Assembly (NCBI GenBank): GCA_022749845.1
Contig: JAKIWX010000001.1
Coordinates: 12,387-76,386 of the forward strand
Length of the DNA: 64,000 bases
DNA from: Thermoplasmata archaeon
GTDB lineage: Archaea > Thermoplasmatota > Thermoplasmata > Lutacidiplasmatales > UBA184
Reading direction: 5' to 3'
Each line of letters opens with the position of its first letter. Position 1 is the stretch's first letter. Of the stretch, positions 37,526 to 47,143 are shown one piece after another. Under the pieces are notes generated by a model. The model saw only the letters and a list, made by a program, of their open reading frames with translations, was not told the DNA's origin and searched no databases. A program made the position numbers and the translations under genes.

Positions 37526-38593
37526 ATGGGGGTGGCTCTCGCCTCGGCGGCACTCGTCGCCCCGCTCAAGCGCCACCCGCCCACCATCGCTACCTACTGT
37601 TCGCACTCCTCCCTCCAGATCTTCCACGGCGCCCGACAGGAGGGATACCGCACTCTCGGGATCGCCGCCGGCAAGCCGCCGCGGTACTACGAGGCGTTCC
37701 CGCTCGCGCGCCCCGACGCGTTCCTGAGCATCCCGAAGCTCGACCAGCTCCCGAAGTACGTCTCCCGGCTCAACCGAGAGCACGCCATCCTCGTCCCCCA
37801 CGGCTCCTTCGTAGAGTACCTGGGCCCCGAGCGGTTCGCCGCGCTTCCGGTACCGGTGTTCGGGAACCGGGCCGTACTCGCGTGGGAGTCGGACCGGGAG
37901 AAGGAGCGGGAATGGCTCGAGGGCGCGGGCGTGCAGATGCCCCGCCGGTACGAGACCGTCGACGACATCGACGGTCCTGCGATCGTGAAGTACTACGGGG
38001 CCAAGGGCGGCAAGGGGTTCATCCTTGCCAAGAACAAGGAGGCGCTTCGCGACTTCCGGCCGACGGGGCCGTTCGTCATCCAGCAGTACGTCCTCGGGAC
38101 GCGCTACTACATCCATTTCTTCTACTCGCCGCTCTCGCGCGACGGCTACCGCGTCGGCCCGGGCTCGCTCGAGCTTCTCGGGATGGACCGGCGCGACGAG
38201 GCGAACATCGACGAGCTCTACAAGCTCGGCGCCCAGGAGGAGCTCCTGGCCGCGGGCATCCGTCCGACGTTCGTGGTGACGGGCAACGTGCCCGTCGTGC
38301 TGCGCGAATCGCTCCTGCCCCAGGTGTTCGACATCGGGGCCCGGATCGTCGAGCGCTCGATCGAACTGTTCGGCGGGATGGTCGGGCCGTTCTGCGTCGA
38401 GGGGATCGTGACGGAGGAGCTCAAGTTCTACGTCTTCGAGATCTCCACCCGCATCGTCGCCGGCACGAACGTCTTCCCCAGCGGGTCGAGCTACGCCGAC
38501 CTCGTGGCGCCGAACCTCTCCATGGGCCGACGGATGGCCATCGAGATCAGCCGAGCCCGCGAGCAGGACCGGCTGCGCGAAGTGCTCAGCTGA
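37526..38593 (+). CDS. purP: formate--phosphoribosylaminoimidazolecarboxamide ligase (ATP-grasp)
   Basis: SHSSLQIFHGA, PHGSFVEY, FGNR..L.WE, GAKGGKG, LRESLL, EISTRIVAGTN, MGRRMAIEI. Confidence 0.93.
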   Translation: MGVALASAALVAPLKRHPPTIATYCSHSSLQIFHGARQEGYRTLGIAAGKPPRYYEAFPLARPDAFLSIPKLDQLPKYVSRLNREHAILVPHGSFVEYLGPERFAALPVPVFGNRAVLAWESDREKEREWLEGAGVQMPRRYETVDDIDGPAIVKYYGAKGGKGFILAKNKEALRDFRPTGPFVIQQYVLGTRYYIHFFYSPLSRDGYRVGPGSLELLGMDRRDEANIDELYKLGAQEELLAAGIRPTFVVTGNVPVVLRESLLPQVFDIGARIVERSIELFGGMVGPFCVEGIVTEELKFYVFEISTRIVAGTNVFPSGSSYADLVAPNLSMGRRMAIEISRAREQDRLREVLS

Positions 38594-38656
38594 GATCGAC
38601 CCGCTCGAGGGGCTCGGCCCGACGCACGCGACGGGACCGCGCGAAGAGGTTCGGTC

Positions 38657-39349
38657 TCAAGAGGACCGAAACCCGAACAGCCCGAGACCCGTTCGCCCCC
38701 GAGCCACCGCGTTGCGGAGCGTGGCCCACCGTCGCAGGCTCGGACAGAGTTCCCGCGTCCCCCCGTGGTCCACGAGCGCTATCGACCCCCGATGGAATCG
38801 ACGGTCAACGGCAGCGAACTCCCGGAAGGCGCGGGGATCCGAGTGGGGAACATCGTAGAGGAACAGGTCGATCCTCGCGAGCTCCTCCCCCAGGAGCGGG
38901 AGCACCTCGGCCTTGTCGCCGATGCGAAGGTCCCAGCGCTTCTTGAGTGACTCCGGGACGGCCCACCCCGTGAAACGTCCCGGCGGGAGCGACCACGAGC
39001 CGTGGCGCGGTGGACGGCCCGGTCGTTGCCTCTCCGGAAGGTCGGCGGAGTGGAGCGTTCCCTGGCCGTTCCGCTCGAGGGCTTGGAGGAAGTAGGCGCT
39101 TGAGACTCCCGAGGAGACGCCGACCTCCACGATGTGACGCGGGCGAAGGAGCCGGGCCATCGCATAGAGCTCGAGCGGCGCTTCGATCTCCACGTAGAAG
39201 CTCCGACCTTCCCGCCGGTGTTCCTTGGCGAGGTGTCGGAACAGCGCCCTCTCGTCCGCCGCCTCCTCGAGCGCCTGCGAGGCGAGGCTCGCAGAGGCCC
39301 CCGTGAGCGCGCTCACCCAGGCGGCGTCCGGCTGCGCTTCCGGGTTCAT
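38657..39349 (-). CDS. class I SAM-dependent methyltransferase (Methyltransf_24-like)
   Basis: IVEVGVSSGVSS, LHSADLP, IDLFLYDVPH. Confidence 0.82.
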   Translation of the reverse strand: MNPEAQPDAAWVSALTGASASLASQALEEAADERALFRHLAKEHRREGRSFYVEIEAPLELYAMARLLRPRHIVEVGVSSGVSSAYFLQALERNGQGTLHSADLPERQRPGRPPRHGSWSLPPGRFTGWAVPESLKKRWDLRIGDKAEVLPLLGEELARIDLFLYDVPHSDPRAFREFAAVDRRFHRGSIALVDHGGTRELCPSLRRWATLRNAVARGRTGLGLFGFRSS

Positions 39350-39834
39350 CTCTTCGACGCGTCCCGACGAAGCGCCTGCGCGTCGGGCTCGTCGAGGGTG
39401 CGCCAACCCTTCGCCCATTCCTTCACGTGTTCGATGCCAGGGCGCGCCGCGGCCACGCGCGCGAACGCCTCGTCCAGGGAGAGCGACTCGCTGCGGTGGA
39501 GGTACCAGGCCATCGCGAGTGGGGACCGGCGTACGCCATGCCCGCAGAACAGCAGCACGGGCTCCTTTCGATCATGAGCGGCCCGCACGAGCGAGGCGAG
39601 CCGTTCGAGGTTCTCCCGGACGGGCGAATCGGTTCTCCCGTCGTAGACGGGGACGTGCGTAGCTCCGGGAAACTGGTCGAGCTCATCGGGCCGATCGTCG
39701 AGCACGCAGAAGCGGGTCCCAACAAATCCCTCGGCCTCCTTCCATCCCCCCACGAAGATGCCAGGAGAGACTTCCGAAGGACCCGATTTCGGCCGGGGAT
39801 CAGGGTCTCGCTTCCTCACTGGGCCGGGCGTCAT
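39346..39834 (-). CDS. dual-specificity/tyrosine protein phosphatase family protein
   Basis: SEVSPGIFVG; CX5R loop LLFCGHGVRRS; SLDEAFARVAAARP. Confidence 0.85.
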   Translation of the reverse strand: MTPGPVRKRDPDPRPKSGPSEVSPGIFVGGWKEAEGFVGTRFCVLDDRPDELDQFPGATHVPVYDGRTDSPVRENLERLASLVRAAHDRKEPVLLFCGHGVRRSPLAMAWYLHRSESLSLDEAFARVAAARPGIEHVKEWAKGWRTLDEPDAQALRRDASKR

Positions 39835-39999
39835 CAAGAGGGGTACACCACCGGGGGATACTCTTCGTGGCGGCCCGGTCAGATTCATCTCAACGGCCGG
39901 AGGCGAGGGAGCTCGAGCGGAAAGCTCGGCCCCAACCTTGTTCCCTCGGCGCCTCCCAGTCCGCCGGGGTTAAGCTCGGCTGGGCGCGTGCGCCCCGCC

Positions 40000-40935
40000 G
40001 TGCCGGAAGCGCTCCGCAGCGAGGAACTCGGGAAGACCTACCCGCACGGGAAGGAGCCAGCACTCGACGGCGTCTCGCTTCGAATCCCGGCCGGGACGGT
40101 CTACGGATTGATCGGACGAAACGGCGCAGGAAAGACCACTTTCGTCCGGATCGCCTCCACCCAGCTGCTTCCCACCCGCGGACGTGTGGAGGTCCTCGGC
40201 TTCGACGCCGTGGCCACGCCTCGAGAGGTGCGGGCGCGCATCGCGGTCATCCCCCAAGAGTCCCGTCCGCTCTATTTTCTGACCATCGACGAGCTCGTGT
40301 TCTACCACTTGCGGATGCGAGGGATGGACCGGCGCATCGCGCGGGAACGGACCGACACCGTCCTCCGCCAGATGGGTCTCGCCGACCGGGCCAACACCCT
40401 CGTGAGCCGGCTCTCTGGAGGCCTGCGTCGGCGCGCGATGGTGGCGATGATCTTCGCCTCCGACGCGGAGCTTCTCTTCCTCGACGAGCCGACGACCGGA
40501 CTCGACCCGCTCGCCCGTCGAGAGGTCTGGGCGGCCATCCAGAAGGCGCGCCACGAGGGCCGAACGGTCCTGCTCACGACCCATTACCTCGATGAGGCGG
40601 AGGCGCTCTCCGCACGGCTCGCGCTCATCGAGCGGGGGCACGTAGTGGTCGAGGGCACGCCCGCGGAGATCCGGAGCCGGGTGAAGTACCCGTTCCGGGT
40701 GAGCCTCCCGAGCAGCCTCTCCGAAGCTGAGCTCGCCCCGTACGGGGAGGTCTCGGGCGTCGAAGGCGGCTGGCTCGTGTTCGCGCGCGAGGACTCGGCT
40801 CGGGAGCTCACGAAGCTCGCGCTCGACAAGAATCTCGCCGTCGCGATGGCCCCGATCTCTCTCGAGGACATCTTTCTCCAGTTGGTGGGCCGACCGTTGA
40901 CGGAGGGCGACGCGCTCGCCGAGGAGGGGCCGTGA
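40000..40935 (+). CDS. ABC-2 type exporter ATP-binding protein
   Basis: GRNGAGKT, LSGGLRRR, LDEPTTGLD, TTHYLDEAE. Start at GTG 39988 or 40000. Confidence 0.92.
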   Translation: MPEALRSEELGKTYPHGKEPALDGVSLRIPAGTVYGLIGRNGAGKTTFVRIASTQLLPTRGRVEVLGFDAVATPREVRARIAVIPQESRPLYFLTIDELVFYHLRMRGMDRRIARERTDTVLRQMGLADRANTLVSRLSGGLRRRAMVAMIFASDAELLFLDEPTTGLDPLARREVWAAIQKARHEGRTVLLTTHYLDEAEALSARLALIERGHVVVEGTPAEIRSRVKYPFRVSLPSSLSEAELAPYGEVSGVEGGWLVFAREDSARELTKLALDKNLAVAMAPISLEDIFLQLVGRPLTEGDALAEEGP

Positions 40936-41699
40936 GCGTCCGACACCGCCTGCGCTCCCTCTGGACGATCGCCTACATGAACGGGGTCATTCCCGTCCGG
41001 AGGCAGCCGCTCTACCTCCTCAACACGATCGCCTCGCCGCTCTCCTTCCTGTTCTTCATCGCCCTCGCTTCCCGAGGGACCCTCCTAAGACCGGCGATCG
41101 CCGGTGGGATGGTCCTCACGATGATCTCGATCGGGACCTCGCTCCAGGCGGACCTCACGCACTACAAGCAGGACATGAAGTTCCAGGACCTCGTCGTCGC
41201 CTCTCCCGTCGAGGCGCCGATCTACGTCGCGGGGCTCGCGCTCTCGGAGTTCCTCTACTCGATCCCGGGTCTCTCGGTGTTCGTCGCCCTGTGGGTGGCC
41301 ACCGGCCCGGTCCCCGGCGTCTTCGACGCTGCGACCGTCGTCGGCACGCTCCTCCTCGTCTGGGCGTTCTCCTCGGCGCTCGGCTTCACTCTCGCGACCT
41401 ATTTCGAGGACATCCGCGAGACGTTCGTCTTCGGCCCGCTCGTCTCGCTCGGGCTCACCGTGCTGCCGCCCGTCTACTATCCCGCGACCTTCATTCCCGC
41501 CGCGTACCGCCCGCTCGCCTTCCTCTCCCCCGCCACGTACGCGGCGGACCTCCTCCACCGCGCCTTCTCGCTCGGAGCGGTCGACCCCCGCTTCGGACCC
41601 CCGCTCCTCGCCGCACCGCTCGACTGGCTGGCGCTCATCGCGGTGACGGCGGCACTCTTCCTCCTCGCGGCGAAGAAGGCGCGCTGGCGCGAGCCCTAG
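40932..41699 (+). CDS. ABC-2 type exporter permease
   Basis: About 6 TM segments, PVYYP…LSPATYA; overlaps the ATPase stop (GTGA). Confidence 0.87.
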   Translation: MSVRHRLRSLWTIAYMNGVIPVRRQPLYLLNTIASPLSFLFFIALASRGTLLRPAIAGGMVLTMISIGTSLQADLTHYKQDMKFQDLVVASPVEAPIYVAGLALSEFLYSIPGLSVFVALWVATGPVPGVFDAATVVGTLLLVWAFSSALGFTLATYFEDIRETFVFGPLVSLGLTVLPPVYYPATFIPAAYRPLAFLSPATYAADLLHRAFSLGAVDPRFGPPLLAAPLDWLALIAVTAALFLLAAKKARWREP

Positions 41700-41819
41700 C
41701 GTGGAACGAAAAATCGACGGACGACGACGCTCCGGCCGCTCCGGAATCTCCGGAAACCACCGGTGCAACTTGAAACGTCCAAGCGCTTATGTAGGAGCCC
41801 ACTCCTCGGCGGCCCTGCG

Positions 41820-42059
41820 ATGCTTGCGCTCTCGGACAGCCGGGGTCCGGCCGCCGAGGAAGAACGACTTTCCCGCTGCGTCGTCTGCGGAAAATCGCTC
41901 GTTCTCCTCCTGAACGACCGGCGAGGAAGCGCCTGCTTCGACTGCCTCTCCCTGCTCGGGCCCGAGGCCATCGAGTGTCCCGAGTGCGGGGCGGAGATCG
42001 CCCCCCCGCAGCGGGCGGCCGGCTGCACGCAGTGCGGCTGGTCCCCGCTGCGGAACTGA
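41820..42059 (+). CDS. small multi-CxxC zinc-binding protein
   Basis: CVVC, CFDC, CPEC, CTQC in ~79 aa; TTATGT box ~32 nt upstream. Confidence 0.7.
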   Translation: MLALSDSRGPAAEEERLSRCVVCGKSLVLLLNDRRGSACFDCLSLLGPEAIECPECGAEIAPPQRAAGCTQCGWSPLRN

Positions 42060-42127
42060 CCGGTCACGTCGACCGACGCGAACGCTGCAAAGCTTATCTC
42101 GCCCGGCCCGTCGAATCGACGGGAAGT

Positions 42128-42245
42128 GCCGAGGTGGCTCAGCCCGGTACGGCGCGAGTCTGGAAAGCTCGTGGCGGAAATCGCCTCGGGAGTTCAAACG
42201 CCGGAGCCGGCCGAACCGGCCCGGCGGAGATTCTCCCCCTCGGCG
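42128..42245 (+). tRNA. tRNA-Ser(GGA) with 33-nt intron at position 59/60 (intron 42199-42231)
   Basis: Acceptor GCCGAGG/CCTCGGC with G73; anticodon arm CGAGT-CTGGAAA-GCTCG; long variable arm GGCG-GAAAT-CGCC; T arm GGGAG-TTCAAA[intron]T-CTCCC. Confidence 0.92.
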
Positions 42246-42271
42246 CCTCCCCGTTTCGGGGCTGAACACTC

Positions 42272-42796
42272 GTGCCGATCCGTCCAGTCCAGGCCGCGCC
42301 GGCGCTCCTCCAGGTCGACGCGATCCTCTCGCGTCTCAGGGGCCAAGCCGCCCTCACGGAGGTGTGCCGTTTCTTGCGCGACTCCTTTCCCCACTTCACC
42401 TGGGTGGGCGTCTACCGGCTCGAGGGGGAAACGCTCCTCCTCGACGGCTGGGACGGCGAGCGTGCCACCGAGCACGTCCGGATCCCTCTGGGGCAGGGGC
42501 TCTGTGGGCGCGCCGCCCGGGAGGACCGGACCGTGATCGTCGGCGACGTCCAATCCGACCCCGAGTACCTCGCCTGCTTCCTCGACACCCGCTCGGAGAT
42601 CGTGGTCCCCGTGCATGCCGAGGGACGTGTGGTGGGCGAGATCGACGTCGACGGTCGTCTTGCGAACGCCTACGACGCCTCGGACGACCGCTTCCTCAGC
42701 GAGGTCGCGCGGCGGATCGCGCCAACCCTCGTCGCCGGGGCGGTTCCGGCAGCGACCGGCGCATCTCCCGGAGCGCCGCGGCCGGCAGGCGGCTAG
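42272..42796 (+). CDS. msrC: GAF-domain free methionine-(R)-sulfoxide reductase-like protein
   Basis: WVGVY, RIPLGQGLCG, YLAC…TRSEIVVP, GEIDVD. Confidence 0.8.
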   Translation: MPIRPVQAAPALLQVDAILSRLRGQAALTEVCRFLRDSFPHFTWVGVYRLEGETLLLDGWDGERATEHVRIPLGQGLCGRAAREDRTVIVGDVQSDPEYLACFLDTRSEIVVPVHAEGRVVGEIDVDGRLANAYDASDDRFLSEVARRIAPTLVAGAVPAATGASPGAPRPAGG

Positions 42797-43475
42797 CCCA
42801 GACCGGCACGGGGCCGAGGCGCGAGGGTCGGCGGAGCCCTCGGGCTTCCCGTACTAGACCCGCGAGCGCGCGGGTGAGCTCGTCGACGATCGCGAGATGG
42901 GCCGCGAGGGAGCTGCGCGAGAGCGGGTTCAGGTCGATGGTCACTACCCGCTTGCCGAGGCGCCGGAGCGCGAGAGCCCGGTCCCCGTCCTCGAGCGGGA
43001 TCACGCAGAGGTCCGCCGACCAGATGCCGTCCGCGTCCACCCGGCCCCGGTCGGAGGGGAGCCCGGGGATCCTCTTCGTCGGACGGAGCCCGCGAACTTC
43101 TCGAACTCCCGCGCGCGTGAGCTCACGCGAGATCCGCGCCACGCGCGAAGGGGTACGGTGAAACAGATTCACCTCGACGCGTAGGTGGGGCACGACACGG
43201 GCGAGCTCCGCCACCTGCTCGGACGCGAGCGCGGCCACGTTGCCGTTCACCGAGAGGACGGGCCGGCGGGCCGCGAGGAGCCAGCGCGCCGCGAGTCGCT
43301 CCGCGCGGAGCGCGGAGGGGGTCGTCCGTTCTCCGAGGAGGTAATCGAACGCTTCGGCCCGGCCCTGGGCGATGAGCCCCTCCGGTACGACGAGTCCTTG
43401 CTCAAACCCCCGCGCGAGGCGTGCGCGCATCCGCAGGCTATGGTACCTCGGGTGGCGGGGCGAAAGGCGGGTCAC
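42696..43475 (-). CDS. 4-phosphopantoate--beta-alanine ligase (archaeal phosphopantothenate synthetase)
   Basis: HPRYHSL, GLIAQGRAEAFDYLLGE, SVNGN, EVNLFHR, IPLEDGDR, IDLNPLSR. Confidence 0.93.
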   Translation of the reverse strand: MTRLSPRHPRYHSLRMRARLARGFEQGLVVPEGLIAQGRAEAFDYLLGERTTPSALRAERLAARWLLAARRPVLSVNGNVAALASEQVAELARVVPHLRVEVNLFHRTPSRVARISRELTRAGVREVRGLRPTKRIPGLPSDRGRVDADGIWSADLCVIPLEDGDRALALRRLGKRVVTIDLNPLSRSSLAAHLAIVDELTRALAGLVREARGLRRPSRLGPVPVWASRLPAAALREMRRSLPEPPRRRGLARSAARPR

Positions 43476-43487
43476 GGCGGGCAGACC

Positions 43488-44231
43488 CTACACGCGCTCG
43501 GGCTCGGAAGGTACGGGCTTGGCCTTCCCGTTACGCTCGGCGGCCCCGGGCAGATCGAGATGCGCCTCCACCGCGGAGAGCCGCTGGTCGAGCGGCAGGA
43601 GCGTCTGCTCGATCGTCTTCGCGACCACGAGCTTCAGGCTCTCTTCGAGGGCCACGATGTCCCTTCCGAGGTCCGAGAGGCGCCGCACGTTCTCGTTCAG
43701 CAAGAGCCGCGTCTGCGCCGCGAGCCGGAAGGTGTCGTCGACGCCCCGCACGAGCTGCTTCGAGCCCTGGGCGAACGTCTCGATCGATTCCCCGACGGGC
43801 GCCCACTTCTTGTCGAGGTTCTCCCCGAGCGATTTCGACAGGTCGCCCCGCAGCCGCTCGACCCCGTCGCTGAGCCCGGCCTCGATCCGGTCCCCCACGA
43901 CCTTGTCGACGCTTTCTAGGCGCGTCTTGACGGTCTCGTCGAGGGCCCCTTCGAGCTCCTCCACCCGCCCGAGGCGGTCCTCGACCGCCTCGAGCCGGCT
44001 CACGAGGTTCGCGTAGACGGAGCCGATGAGCGTGTCCGTGTGGGCGGTCTCCACTTCGTGGGCGCGCAAGAGGAGGTGGAGCACCCAATGCTCCCGTCCC
44101 TTCGCCTCCGCGAGCGGCCCGCGGTCGATCCGGTCGCGGACCTCGCGGTTCTCCACGAGCTGCTGGAGCTCTTTCAGCACCTCGAGCCGGACCGCGGAGG
44201 TGCCCGAGTTCGGGACCGCGCGTTCGGGCAT
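43488..44231 (-). CDS. hypothetical coiled-coil protein
   Basis: Heptad-rich, acidic/Leu-rich sequence; codon pattern like neighbouring genes. Confidence 0.7.
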   Translation of the reverse strand: MPERAVPNSGTSAVRLEVLKELQQLVENREVRDRIDRGPLAEAKGREHWVLHLLLRAHEVETAHTDTLIGSVYANLVSRLEAVEDRLGRVEELEGALDETVKTRLESVDKVVGDRIEAGLSDGVERLRGDLSKSLGENLDKKWAPVGESIETFAQGSKQLVRGVDDTFRLAAQTRLLLNENVRRLSDLGRDIVALEESLKLVVAKTIEQTLLPLDQRLSAVEAHLDLPGAAERNGKAKPVPSEPERV

Positions 44232-44304
44232 CCCGGGGGAATCGGGGTTAGGGCGTAATTACTCTTCGGTAGGCGACGGATAACTCTGAGCGGATTGGGT
44301 CGAT

Positions 44305-45459
44305 TCAGCCCTCGAAGCCGGGCCCGAGCAGCTCCCGTGCGATGACGAGGCGCCGGATCTCGCTCGTGCCGGCCCCGATCTCGAGGAGCTTGGCGTCGCG
44401 GGCGAGCCGTTCGAGGGGATACTCCCGCATGTATCCGTTGCCGCCGAACACCTGGATGGCGTCGAGCGCGACGCGGGTGGACATCTCGGAGGCGTAGGTG
44501 AGCGCCGCGGAGCTTGCCCGGGCGCTCTTCTTGTCCCTTTCCACGGCGCGGAGCGCCGCGTCGAGGAGCCCGCGCGCGGACTCGAGGGCGATGTACATGT
44601 TGGCGAGCTTTTCCTGGATGAGCTGGAAGGAGCCGATCTTCTGGCCGAACTGCTCCCGCTCCCTCGCGTAGGCGCTCGCGAGCTCGAGGCACTCGGCCAT
44701 GATGCCGACGGGGATAGCCGAGAGCACGGCCCGCTCGACGTTGAGACCGCTCATCATCACCGTCACACCCTCGTTCTCCCTACCGAGGATCGCCTCGGCG
44801 GGGAGCGTACAGTCCCGGAGGAGGAGCTCGCCCGTGGGGGAGCCTCGCATCCCCATCTTGTCGAGGGAGCGGGAGACGGAGAAGCCGGCGGTCTTCGAGC
44901 CCAGGAGGAAGGCGGAAATCCCGCGGGAGCCCTTCTCGGGGGCCGTCTTGGCGTAGACGATCAGCGTGTCCGCGACCGGCCCGTTCGTGATGAACTGCTT
45001 CGTGCCGTTGAGGCGGTAACCCCCGCCGACCCTTTCCGCGCGGGTCGAGAGACCGACCGCATCCGAGCCGGCTCCGGGCTCCGTGAGCGCGAGTGCCCCG
45101 ATCGCCTCCCCGCTCGCGAGCGCGGGTAGGAACTCGGCCCGTTGCGTCTCGGTTCCGTTGCGGTAGAGGCTGTCGATGAGGAGGTTCGAATGAGCCCCGA
45201 CGGAAAGGGCGAGGGCCGGGCTCGACCGGGCCAGCTCCTCGAGGATGACCGCTTGGGCGAGGTAGCCGAGCCCAAGGCCTCCGAGCTCCGCCGGGAGGGT
45301 GGGGGCGAGGAACCCCTGCTCCCCGAGCTTCCGGAACAGCTCCCGCGGGAACCAGTCCTCGCGGTCCATCCGGGTGGCGAGGGGGCGGACTTCGCGCTGG
45401 ACGAACCGACGCGCGGCTTCGCGCAGGTCCTCGAGGCCTTCGTTCCCCGGAGGTTGCAC
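44305..45459 (-). CDS. acyl-CoA dehydrogenase (isovaleryl-CoA dehydrogenase-like)
   Basis: [53 protein letters not shown]. Confidence 0.92.
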   Translation of the reverse strand: MQPPGNEGLEDLREAARRFVQREVRPLATRMDREDWFPRELFRKLGEQGFLAPTLPAELGGLGLGYLAQAVILEELARSSPALALSVGAHSNLLIDSLYRNGTETQRAEFLPALASGEAIGALALTEPGAGSDAVGLSTRAERVGGGYRLNGTKQFITNGPVADTLIVYAKTAPEKGSRGISAFLLGSKTAGFSVSRSLDKMGMRGSPTGELLLRDCTLPAEAILGRENEGVTVMMSGLNVERAVLSAIPVGIMAECLELASAYAREREQFGQKIGSFQLIQEKLANMYIALESARGLLDAALRAVERDKKSARASSAALTYASEMSTRVALDAIQVFGGNGYMREYPLERLARDAKLLEIGAGTSEIRRLVIARELLGPGFEG

Positions 45460-45505
45460 GGTCGAGCGAGCTCGGGCGCGGCTTAACGCGTTCGGGAGAC
45501 GGTGT

Positions 45506-47122
45506 TCAGGAACCGTCTGCGGGGACGAGTCGTACGCCGAGATGCGTTCGCCACGCCGGGACCGGCCTGGGATGGTCGGACCTGTAGTGGACCCCGCGAC
45601 TCTCCGTGCGAGCCGCAGCCGCGCTCGCGAGTACGAGCGCGGTGAGGGCGTGGGTCGCGTTGGGCGAAAGGGACGCGCCGGTCCGTGGAGAGGGCTCCGC
45701 CGCCAGCCACCGCGTGAACCGGCGGATCGCACGTTGGAGGCCAGCACCGGTTCGGAAGATCCCTACCTCCTCCCACAGGAGGCTCCGAAGCTTCTCCGGA
45801 TCGACAGGCTCGACCCGTGTCGTCGCCGCATCCGGGAGGCCGATCTCGAGCAGTCGTCCCGGGGGCGCAGGACCGCCGCCCCCAGGATGGAGGAGCTGGC
45901 GGAGCACATGTTCACCGAACACCACCCCCTCCAGGAGGGAGTTCGAGGCGAGACGGTTGGCTCCGTGGACCCCGGTCGCGGCCGCCTCCCCGCAGGCGAG
46001 GAGGCCGGGAAGCGAGGTGCGTCCCTCGCGGTCGGTGGCGACGCCCCCGATGAGAAAATGGGCGGCCGGGGTCACCGGGATGCGGTCGCGGGAGGGGTCG
46101 AGCGCGTACGTAGCGAGGAACCGACACACCGTGGGGAACCTGGCGAAGAGGCGGTCTCGCGGAAGCGCGGTCGCATCAAGGTAAACGCAGCGGCTCCGCG
46201 TCCGGAGGAGCTCGGTGCGGATTGCCCGGCTCACCACATCGCGAGGGGCAAGCTCCCCGTCCCGGTGGTATCTCGGCATGAACCGCTCCCCCCGCGCGTT
46301 GCGAAGGAGCGCTCCCTCCCCTCGGAGTGCCTCGGTGAGGAGGTAGCGAGGCGCCCCGTCGCGCAAGAATACGGTCGGGTGGAACTGGACGAACTCCATG
46401 TCCGAGAGAAGCGCCCCCGCGAGCGCGGCGAGGACGAGTCCCTCCCCCGTGGCGACGCTCGGGTTCGAGCTCTCGCGGTAGAGACTCCCCGCGCCCCCGG
46501 TGGCGAGCACTACGGTCGAGGGCTCAAGCGTCTCCGCCTCCCGGCCGTCGGGCCGGGAGAGCTCCACACGGAATCCCCGGCCCGTCCTCGCGAGCGAGCG
46601 TAGCACCGTCTGCTCACGGACCTCCACCGCGAGCTCGAGCGCGCGTCGCTTGAGCGCCTCTTCGATGTGGAGCCCGGTCGCGTCCCCGCCGGCGTGCAGG
46701 ATCCGTGCCCGCGAGTGCGCCGCCTCCCTCCCGAGCGCCACCTGGCCGTCGACGGCGTCGAACGGGACTCCGAGGCGCACGAGGTCGGCGATCCGTGCGG
46801 GTGCCTCCTCTACGAGGTGGCGGGCCGCCTCTTCGTCGACGAGGCCCGCTCCCGCGCGGACGGTATCGGCGAGGTGGAGCTCGGCGGAGTCGTCCGGACC
46901 GAGCGCGCAGGCGATGCCGCCCTGGGCGTACTTCGTGTTGGACTCGTCGAGGCTGCCCTTGGTGACGACGGTCGGGTGGAGGCCTTGCTCTCGGGCCCGG
47001 ACGGCGACATACAAGCCGGCAATCCCACTGCCGATGATGAGCGGGCCTTCCCGTCGAGCCACGCACCGAGGAACCCGGGGTGGGGAAACGGGTTTCCCCC
47101 CGCTTGGCAACGGCTTCCCCAC
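45506..47122 (-). CDS. nadB: L-aspartate oxidase
   Basis: [63 protein letters not shown]. Confidence 0.92.
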   Translation of the reverse strand: MGKPLPSGGKPVSPPRVPRCVARREGPLIIGSGIAGLYVAVRAREQGLHPTVVTKGSLDESNTKYAQGGIACALGPDDSAELHLADTVRAGAGLVDEEAARHLVEEAPARIADLVRLGVPFDAVDGQVALGREAAHSRARILHAGGDATGLHIEEALKRRALELAVEVREQTVLRSLARTGRGFRVELSRPDGREAETLEPSTVVLATGGAGSLYRESSNPSVATGEGLVLAALAGALLSDMEFVQFHPTVFLRDGAPRYLLTEALRGEGALLRNARGERFMPRYHRDGELAPRDVVSRAIRTELLRTRSRCVYLDATALPRDRLFARFPTVCRFLATYALDPSRDRIPVTPAAHFLIGGVATDREGRTSLPGLLACGEAAATGVHGANRLASNSLLEGVVFGEHVLRQLLHPGGGGPAPPGRLLEIGLPDAATTRVEPVDPEKLRSLLWEEVGIFRTGAGLQRAIRRFTRWLAAEPSPRTGASLSPNATHALTALVLASAAAARTESRGVHYRSDHPRPVPAWRTHLGVRLVPADGS

Positions 47123-47143
47123 CGTGCTAGCCGATAGAGGAGA

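Noticed and set aside
42199-42260. tRNA insert as an integration scar (att site) of a mobile element
   Set aside because: No integrase and no duplicated tRNA 3' end seen in the window; the insert forms a BHB whose removal restores the exact T-loop.
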